DNA of 64,000 nucleotides from Calditrichaceae bacterium (GTDB lineage: Bacteria > Calditrichota > Calditrichia > Calditrichales > JBFXGD01). Positions 57,762 to 64,000 of the stretch are shown piece after piece. Numbering within the stretch: position 1 is the first letter of the stretch; the number at the start of each line of letters is the position of its first letter. The position numbers and the translations under genes were made by a program. The notes below the pieces were generated by a model. The model was not told the origin of the DNA. It searched no databases and saw only the letters and a program-made list of their open reading frames with translations. Where the stretch lies: positions 192,001 through 256,000 of the forward strand of contig JBFXLE010000002.1 of the NCBI GenBank assembly GCA_050173015.1. Reading direction: 5' to 3'.

Positions 57762-58088
57762 TTATGGAGAAACAGCCGGATCGGGCGCGAATTTATCACA
57801 GCTATGATTCAAGGCAACTTCCATTTGGTGAATTTTACAGCGATAATAGAATTCATCTTCTGAGCTGTAACTTTGATTGACGCGAATAAATGCTTGCCGG
57901 AACTTACAGTTATTACAGTTTTTAGGAACGACGGCCGTATGCTTTATTAGTCCCTTTTTCTGTATAACACCCATCGATCTTAGCAGTTGGTTCAACTGAA
58001 TAATAATTCGCCTCATCCGTATTAAGGCGATTACCTGGATCACAAAAAGCACCGCGACTATAATAACCAGATAAAATAAAGTATTCAT
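57762..58088 (-). CDS. small membrane-anchored Cys-rich hypothetical protein
   Basis: N-terminal TM; CNNCKF...CKIH...CDKF. Confidence 0.65.
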   Translation of the reverse strand: MNTLFYLVIIVAVLFVIQVIALIRMRRIIIQLNQLLRSMGVIQKKGLIKHTAVVPKNCNNCKFRQAFIRVNQSYSSEDEFYYRCKIHQMEVALNHSCDKFAPDPAVSP

Positions 58089-58147
58089 ATTACTTCACAA
58101 ATTAACTTTCTTAGGTATTTTACCGATCTAAAATCGAAATGTTTCCG

Positions 58148-58915
58148 TTAAAATGAATTCTCCTGATAATTACTGAACCAATCGATCAGGTTATCTATCG
58201 ATTGCCTGGTGTGTTCAAAATTTTCATATTCAAATATAACCGATCTCAATTGAATTCTATTTCGGATTATAAATTCAAATATCTCCGGCCAGGGAATAAC
58301 ACCCTTAAACAAAGGTGTCCAGTTTGACCGGTGAGCGTCAAATGGGTCATGGTCGATAATATGAAGAATTACCGGGATATTATGTGTTGAACAATATTTT
58401 AAAACATCAATAATTTTTGCTGTTATCATTTCTGCAGATAATTTTTGATGAAAATAATGATAATATCTGGATGGATCTATCACTGCATGAACATCAATAT
58501 TCTGATTTGCCGCCTCTTTAATTCTATGTAAATGTGTACTGATCCCGAAGGGATTATCGTTTTCAATTCCGAGAGATCCTTCATTATCACGAATATTTTT
58601 TATAAGACCGGGATCGATGAGACGTTCATGCTGGATAAATAAATGATTTTTCATTTCCGTATGAATATGTTGGATACAATTATTGTCAGCAGGAAGATGA
58701 AAGTAAATTTCCTTGAAATTTTCAAGTTCAGGCAAAACTTTATGGGTGGCGTTATTGATATATTTAGAATCCGGAAGGTATAACTGGACAACATTAATTT
58801 TCAGCTGGCGTGCGTAACTGATTGTTTTCGTCCAGCTGTAAGAATGATCTCTGGCGACAGATGACGCGATACCTACCAGAAATGTCATACCGTTATTCGG
58901 GAAGTGTAATTCCAT
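58148..58915 (-). CDS. hypothetical protein, possible xylose-isomerase-like TIM barrel
   Basis: VQLY, FHLP, GIEN, ID..R, LHIID and IFEYE resemble AP-endonuclease-2/TIM-barrel metal motifs. Confidence 0.5.
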   Translation of the reverse strand: MELHFPNNGMTFLVGIASSVARDHSYSWTKTISYARQLKINVVQLYLPDSKYINNATHKVLPELENFKEIYFHLPADNNCIQHIHTEMKNHLFIQHERLIDPGLIKNIRDNEGSLGIENDNPFGISTHLHRIKEAANQNIDVHAVIDPSRYYHYFHQKLSAEMITAKIIDVLKYCSTHNIPVILHIIDHDPFDAHRSNWTPLFKGVIPWPEIFEFIIRNRIQLRSVIFEYENFEHTRQSIDNLIDWFSNYQENSF

Positions 58916-59789
58916 TTTGCTTTGCAGCCGCGATTGTAGTGTTGCTCATCAGCATTGAAATGGTCATCGGACCGACCCCACCGGGAACCGGTGTAATAAA
59001 GGATGCTTTTTTGGAGACTTCGTCAAAGGCCACGTCACCTGTCAGTCGGTATCCCCTGTCATTATCGGCGTCAACACGGTTCATACCAACATCGATGACA
59101 ATGACTCCGTCTTTTACCATGTCTCCCTTAACAAATTCCGGGTACCCCATAGCAGCGATCAATATATCGGCAGTCCTTGTGTATTGCTCAATACTGACCG
59201 TCCGGCTGTGAACAATCGTTACCGTTGCGTTACCCTTCTTATTTTTTTGCATCATTAAATTAGCCATTGGTTTTCCGACGATATTGCTTCGGCCTATCAC
59301 TACGACATGCTTGCCGTCAGATTGAATGTTGTAATATTGAAGAATTTCAATGATTCCGGCGGGAGTACATGGCAGCACATATGGAGTTCCCGCAACCATT
59401 AAACCAACATTTCTTGGATGAAAACAATCCACATCTTTATCAGGACTGATCCTCAGAATTACTTTCTCTTCACTGATATGCATTGGAAGGGGCATCTGAA
59501 CCAGTATTCCATTATAATCATTATTCTTATTCAGCTCATCGATCAGGGAAAGAAGCTCTGATTCGGGCGTCTCCTTTTCCATATATATAGTTTCAGACCG
59601 CATCCCCAATTGTTGCGAGGTTTTTCCTTTTCGTTTCACATAAACGTGTGATGCAGGATCATCGCCGACGATTATTACCGCCAGTCCGGGAGTCACTCCA
59701 TGAGATTTAAGATATGATATTTGTTTCTGTACGCGCTCCGCGACATGTTGAGAAACTAATTTCCCGTCAAGGATTTTTCCTTTTTCCAT
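58893..59789 (-). CDS. folD: bifunctional methylenetetrahydrofolate dehydrogenase/cyclohydrolase
   Basis: ILDGK, GILVQMPLP, KDVD, PCTP, GRSNIVGKP, TPVPGGVGPMT motifs. Start at ATG 59789 (MEKGKILDGK). Confidence 0.97.
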   Translation of the reverse strand: MEKGKILDGKLVSQHVAERVQKQISYLKSHGVTPGLAVIIVGDDPASHVYVKRKGKTSQQLGMRSETIYMEKETPESELLSLIDELNKNNDYNGILVQMPLPMHISEEKVILRISPDKDVDCFHPRNVGLMVAGTPYVLPCTPAGIIEILQYYNIQSDGKHVVVIGRSNIVGKPMANLMMQKNKKGNATVTIVHSRTVSIEQYTRTADILIAAMGYPEFVKGDMVKDGVIVIDVGMNRVDADNDRGYRLTGDVAFDEVSKKASFITPVPGGVGPMTISMLMSNTTIAAAKQNGITLPE

Positions 59790-60576
59790 AATCCGCCTTT
59801 GAAAAATTAAGTCTCTGAATTTGGTTTGCTTTTCCGGTATTTTGGTCAACTTTTACAACAATACCATTAAATCGAACATTATTTTTCGCTATTTGATAAT
59901 AATGCGGTGTCTGAGTTAAGAATCTTTTTATGGCTGTATCTGTTTTCATGCCGATCACACTGTCAAAAGGGCCTGTCATCCCTGCGTCAGTGATAAAGGC
60001 GGTACCTTGTGGCAATATCCTTTCATCCGCGGTCTGTACATGTGTATGAGTGCCAAGAACCGCGGAAACTTTTCCATCAAGATACCATCCGAGCGCTTGT
60101 TTTTCAGCTGTCGCTTCTCCGTGAAAATCCACTACAATCACCATAGCTTCTTTTCGGACATGAGATAATATCTCATCTGCTTTTCGGAAGGGACAGTCAA
60201 TGGGACTCATAAAGCTCCGTCCCTGTAAATTCACCACCGCTACCGATGTACCCTGGCCAGATTGCCAGATTCCATATCCAAGCCCGGCATTCTCTTCAGG
60301 ATAATTGGCCGGACGAAGTATTCTGAGCTTCTGATCGGTCAGAATTTTTTCACTCTCTTTTTGCCAAACATGATTACCGGTCGTGATAGCGTCAACCCCG
60401 ATTTGTCTTAATTTTTTGGCAGAAGTCGCGGTTATTCCTTTTCCCTGGTGTATGTTTTCGCCATTGACAATGCAAAAATCAATCTTAAAATCATGTTTGA
60501 TTCTTGGTATCAGATCCAGAGCTAATTGTAATCCATCTTCCCCAACAATGTCTCCGGAAAATAGAATGTTCAACAT
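59767..60576 (-). CDS. ymdB: YmdB-family metallophosphoesterase (TIGR00282-type)
   Basis: GDIVG, NGEN, TGNH, RPANYP, DFHGEATAEK, GTHTHVQTADE motifs. Follows rny. Confidence 0.92.
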   Translation of the reverse strand: MLNILFSGDIVGEDGLQLALDLIPRIKHDFKIDFCIVNGENIHQGKGITATSAKKLRQIGVDAITTGNHVWQKESEKILTDQKLRILRPANYPEENAGLGYGIWQSGQGTSVAVVNLQGRSFMSPIDCPFRKADEILSHVRKEAMVIVVDFHGEATAEKQALGWYLDGKVSAVLGTHTHVQTADERILPQGTAFITDAGMTGPFDSVIGMKTDTAIKRFLTQTPHYYQIAKNNVRFNGIVVKVDQNTGKANQIQRLNFSKADYGKRKNP

Positions 60577-62132
60577 CAGGCGAAATCCACTGAACGGAAT
60601 TCACGTATCACAACAACTTTTATCTGACCGGGATAATCAATTTCGGTTTGTATTTTTTTTGCAATGTCGTTTGCAAGTTGAAAACTTACACCATCATCAA
60701 CTTTTTCATGATCGATGATGACCCGTACTTCCTTGCCTGCCTGAATGGCATACGCGGAGTTCACACCTTCAAATGATTCCGCGATTCCTTCTACGGAGCG
60801 CATTCTTTGTATAAAATTCTCAACCACTTCTCTTCTTGCACCCGGCCTGGCACTGCTGATTTCGTTGGCGACCTGTACGATGACAGAAATCGGGGAAATA
60901 GCTTCGGCGTCACCATGATGCGCCAGTATTGCATTCAGAACAATCGGATGCTCACCATATTTTTTAACAAATTCATAACCCAGCTTACTGTGATTGCCAT
61001 CGGTATGTCTTTCAACAACACGTCCGATATCATGCAATATCCCTGCCCTTTTGGCTAAAACTTCATCCAGTCCCAGTTCCGCGGCTATGATACCGGAGAT
61101 AATGGCAACCTCCTTACTGTGTTGCAAGACATTCTGCCCATAACTTGTTCTGAATCTCAGCTTACCCAGCATATTGACCAGATCGGGATGCAAACCGTGG
61201 ATACCGGTTTCAAGCAAGGCCTGCTCACCCAATTCATTAAAATATTCGTGCATTTCCTGTTTTATTTTTTCATACGATTCTTCAATTCTTCCTGGGTGAA
61301 TTCGTCCATCCGTTACCAGTTTTTCCATGGTGATGCGGGCAAGTTCCCGCCGGTACGGATCAAATCCGCTGAGGATCACAGCTTCAGGAGTGTCATCAAC
61401 AATGACATCCACACCGGTTACGGTTTCAAAAGCGCGAATATTTCGCCCTTCCCTGCCAATTATACGCCCTTTCATGTCATCACTGGGAAGAGTTACAATA
61501 GAGACGGTGGATTCAACAGCATGATCGGCCGCCATTTGCTGAATCGATGAAATGATGATATTTTTTGCTTTGGACTCCGCTTCCTTGGTGGCTTCCTCGA
61601 TAATCTTATACACCTTTCCGGAAGCTTCCTTTTTGGCGTTTTCAATCAGATTATCAAGTAGAATTTTCCTGGCTTCTTCCCTTGTTAATCCGGAGATAGA
61701 TTCCAATTTTTTATTGGCTTCATCCCACATTTGATCTAGTTTCTGCTGACGAATCCGGATCTGATTTTCTTTGTTTTTGAGATCCCGCTGCTGTAGGAAA
61801 ATTTCCCTGTCTTTTTTAGAAATCAAATCCGCCTTGCGATCCAGGTTATTCTCTTTATTCGCGAGTTCCGATTCGATTTTATTTAAAGAATTTCTCTTGG
61901 ATTTAAACTCATCTTCCAGCTTTTGTTTTAGAAGATAAAGTTCTTCCTGAGCTTCCAGGATTTTCTCTTTTTTGTTGTTTTCTGCTTCAGCTTTTGCATC
62001 TAAGAGTATGGTTTCCGCCATTTGACGCGCCGCGGAAAGCCCCTTTTTGCCCAGTATGGTGTTCGCGAACCAGCCGATGAAAAAAAACAATATGCTAACG
62101 AAAACGGCCAGTACAATCACAATTGTGCTCAT
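60576..62132 (-). CDS. rny: ribonuclease Y
   Basis: N-terminal TM, coiled coil, KH domain (KGRIIGREGRNIR), HD domain (LHDIG) and RPGARRE. Confidence 0.96.
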   Translation of the reverse strand: MSTIVIVLAVFVSILFFFIGWFANTILGKKGLSAARQMAETILLDAKAEAENNKKEKILEAQEELYLLKQKLEDEFKSKRNSLNKIESELANKENNLDRKADLISKKDREIFLQQRDLKNKENQIRIRQQKLDQMWDEANKKLESISGLTREEARKILLDNLIENAKKEASGKVYKIIEEATKEAESKAKNIIISSIQQMAADHAVESTVSIVTLPSDDMKGRIIGREGRNIRAFETVTGVDVIVDDTPEAVILSGFDPYRRELARITMEKLVTDGRIHPGRIEESYEKIKQEMHEYFNELGEQALLETGIHGLHPDLVNMLGKLRFRTSYGQNVLQHSKEVAIISGIIAAELGLDEVLAKRAGILHDIGRVVERHTDGNHSKLGYEFVKKYGEHPIVLNAILAHHGDAEAISPISVIVQVANEISSARPGARREVVENFIQRMRSVEGIAESFEGVNSAYAIQAGKEVRVIIDHEKVDDGVSFQLANDIAKKIQTEIDYPGQIKVVVIREFRSVDFA

Positions 62133-62199
62133 TGATCCTCCTCAGAATCCCGATTAACGGGGAGGTGTGCTTTCTATCTTAATTTTATGAAAATAAAAA

Positions 62200-62374
62200 A
62201 AACCCTGTACTTAAACATGATCTAATGATAAAGAACCTTTTTCGACATGATGGGCACCTCCTGAACGGTTTACGCTTCCTCTCAAAGGAGGCATGCATTT
62301 GACGCTCAGAGTTAGTTCCCTGAGTATAATGGTGTTGGTCCTTTACTTAGACCCATGTATAAGATACAGGGTTT
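62200..62374 (-). ncRNA. ssrS: 6S RNA
   Basis: ~175-nt element between zapA and rny. Its ends pair (AAACCCTGTA..CATG / CATG..TACAGGGTTT), with an inner AAAGGACC/GGTTCTTT stem flanking a central bubble. The position is the canonical zapA-ssrS synteny. Confidence 0.85.
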
Positions 62375-62394
62375 CGTAAAAGTAAATAATAACC

Positions 62395-62682
62395 TTACTC
62401 GTCCACGAGTTCAGTTAAGGAACGATTCATTTTTCTTGCTTCTTCATTCAGCTGATCAAGTAATTTTTCTCGGTAAAGCCGCTCTTGAAAAAGTTCATCC
62501 GCTAAATTTAAAGCCGCAAGAATTGCAACTTTTATTGGTGATTTTAATGTCTGCGAGCGATCCGTTTCGCGCATTTTTTCATCAACATATTGTGCAATTT
62601 TATAAACATAATTTTCATCGTTATCAGAAACGAGAGTATATTCGGATCCGAAAATGTTTACTCGAATTTGGCCGGGAGCCAT
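62395..62682 (-). CDS. zapA: cell division protein ZapA
   Basis: VNIFGSEY, A.YVDEKM, AILAALNLADEL motifs. Confidence 0.92.
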   Translation of the reverse strand: MAPGQIRVNIFGSEYTLVSDNDENYVYKIAQYVDEKMRETDRSQTLKSPIKVAILAALNLADELFQERLYREKLLDQLNEEARKMNRSLTELVDE

Positions 62683-62699
62683 TCTGATTGTTCCTTTTA

Positions 62700-62990
62700 C
62701 TAAGAATCAACACCACTATTACTATAAGAGTATAACTCTAACTGAGTAACAAGTTTATCTAATCGAGTTTTTATCTCTCTGTTCTTTTCCTTTAAACTGT
62801 CATTCTCTTTTTTCAAATTTTTTATGATTTCTGTTTCAGTGCCTGAAGGCAACTGCTCGATCGCCTGTATTTTTTTTTTGATTTCCTTGTTCTCTTTTTC
62901 AAGCAGAGCGTTTTTTTGGCGCAACTGACGTATTTTAATACTAACGTCTTCTACGAGCTCCTGGAGCCTGTCGAACTGATCCAGTTTCAT
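62700..62990 (-). CDS. coiled-coil protein, ZapB-like
   Basis: All-helical heptad protein between pheT and zapA. Probable start at ATG 62990 (MKLDQFDRL). Confidence 0.65.
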   Translation of the reverse strand: MKLDQFDRLQELVEDVSIKIRQLRQKNALLEKENKEIKKKIQAIEQLPSGTETEIIKNLKKENDSLKEKNREIKTRLDKLVTQLELYSYSNSGVDS

Positions 62991-62994
62991 AAAA

Positions 62995-64000
62995 TCACTT
63001 TCGCAATCTCGCGTTAAATTTTCGCTCTGATTCACTAATAATCTTACGGAATATCTTATCCACTTCCTTATCGCTCAGGGTCCGCTCGGATGATTGAAAT
63101 CTCATCCTGATGGCCAGGCTCTTCTGAGATTCAGGAAGATTATTCCCGCGATATACATCAAAGATATCGACATGATTCAATAATGGCCTGCCGATTTCGT
63201 TTACAAAGCTAATTACATCAGCGGAACTGATCTCTTCATTCATAACCAATGCCATATCTACTTCAATATACGGAAATTTCGGCACAGGAACATATTTTTT
63301 GGAAGTTGTCAATTTCCCGACAATTAAATCAACATCAAATTCAAATGCATAAACAGGATTATTTATTCCAAAAGATTTAATGATCTTGTCGTCAACTCTT
63401 CCGCAATATCCAAAGATCTGATTTTTATAGGAAAACGCGATTGTTTCCTGACCGAGTAAATACGCATATTTATCATATAAAATAATATGAAAGTTGTCAA
63501 GAAATATTTTCGCCAGGAACGACTCAGCGATTCCTTTAGCATCGTAAAAATCAACCATTTCCGTTGAAGAATTCCAGGTTTGCGGAAAGCGTTTTCCACT
63601 GATTACGCCGGCAATAATTTTTGGCTGATCGGGTAGCCGGTCTTTTTTATAATTCCTGAAAACCCTGCCGATCTCGAATAACCGGATATCCTGAATATTT
63701 CTGTTTTGATTATGAGCAATGGCTTTCAACAAACCCGGCAACAATGAGGGACGCATCGTTGTCATATCATCGCTAATCGGATTAAGAATGGTTACAGTCT
63801 CCCCCTGACTGAATGGCTGGGCTTCATCTGAACGCAGCATACTATTACTGAATGATTCATTTAAGCCTAATTCAATTAAATGGTCTCTCATCCGCGATAC
63901 AATTTTTTCAGAAGAGTTTTCATCAATCTCGTATGGTATCTCTGTCGTTATATTAACAGGTAGGTTCTCAAAACTGACCAATCTCGCCACTTCTTCGATC
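62995..64000 (-). CDS. pheT: phenylalanine--tRNA ligase beta subunit (3' part; runs off the window)
   Basis: EEVAR at the window edge; NPIS..M..MRPSLLPGLL, RLFEIGRVF; FDX-ACB domain FDVYRG..KSLA..RTL..A.LR. Confidence 0.95.
   Translation of the reverse strand, partial: IEEVARLVSFENLPVNITTEIPYEIDENSSEKIVSRMRDHLIELGLNESFSNSMLRSDEAQPFSQGETVTILNPISDDMTTMRPSLLPGLLKAIAHNQNRNIQDIRLFEIGRVFRNYKKDRLPDQPKIIAGVISGKRFPQTWNSSTEMVDFYDAKGIAESFLAKIFLDNFHIILYDKYAYLLGQETIAFSYKNQIFGYCGRVDDKIIKSFGINNPVYAFEFDVDLIVGKLTTSKKYVPVPKFPYIEVDMALVMNEEISSADVISFVNEIGRPLLNHVDIFDVYRGNNLPESQKSLAIRMRFQSSERTLSDKEVDKIFRKIISESERKFNARLRK

Noticed and set aside
59790-59849. N-terminal extensions of folD (and likewise asnS 26610, gpsA 23538, TPR 10516, ZapB-like 63035)
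   Set aside because: Family homology and SD placement favour the downstream ATGs. The extensions overlap upstream genes or promoters.
62355-62687. 110-aa + strand ORF and the many other short antisense or alternate-frame ORFs in the track
   Set aside because: They are shadows of well-supported genes (here zapA and 6S RNA) with no recognisable motifs.

Overview
A 64 kb, gene-dense, fairly AT-rich bacterial chromosomal segment made up mostly of core genes. Gene content and protein style suggest a diderm FCB-like lineage such as Calditrichota (inference). Nearly all genes up to ~45.7 kb are on the + strand and nearly all after are on the - strand. At the convergence point lies a 28-bp XerCD dif-like site (46104-46131), and KOPS-like octamers flip polarity around it, so the window probably spans the replication terminus. 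The + strand carries secDF, purA, trpD, mltG, pcrA/uvrD, an MrfA/MrfB-like repair pair, purM, plsY-gpsA, fbp, asnS, apt, argD, tnaA, cobB, rlpA, trxA, engB and csrA. The - strand carries leuS, pcm, folD, ymdB, rny, zapA and partial pheT. RNA genes are three tRNAs (Arg-CCT, Pro-CGG, Pro-GGG) and a 6S RNA. The ORF track misses or truncates a selenocysteine-containing SelD (in-frame UGA with a bSECIS hairpin), the dif site, the 6S RNA and a recurrent TTGNNN-N17-TAAATT/TATATT promoter signature. The best candidates for under-described systems are: an OPT transporter paired with a stand-alone PqqD/RRE protein; a CsrA lacking the FliW motif, near a GGA-rich non-coding stretch; a TPR-CsgG-like protein paired with a FadL/PorV-like barrel; and active-site variants of RNase Y, TrpD and a UshA-like CxC protein. 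No CRISPR array, integrase or transposase was seen.
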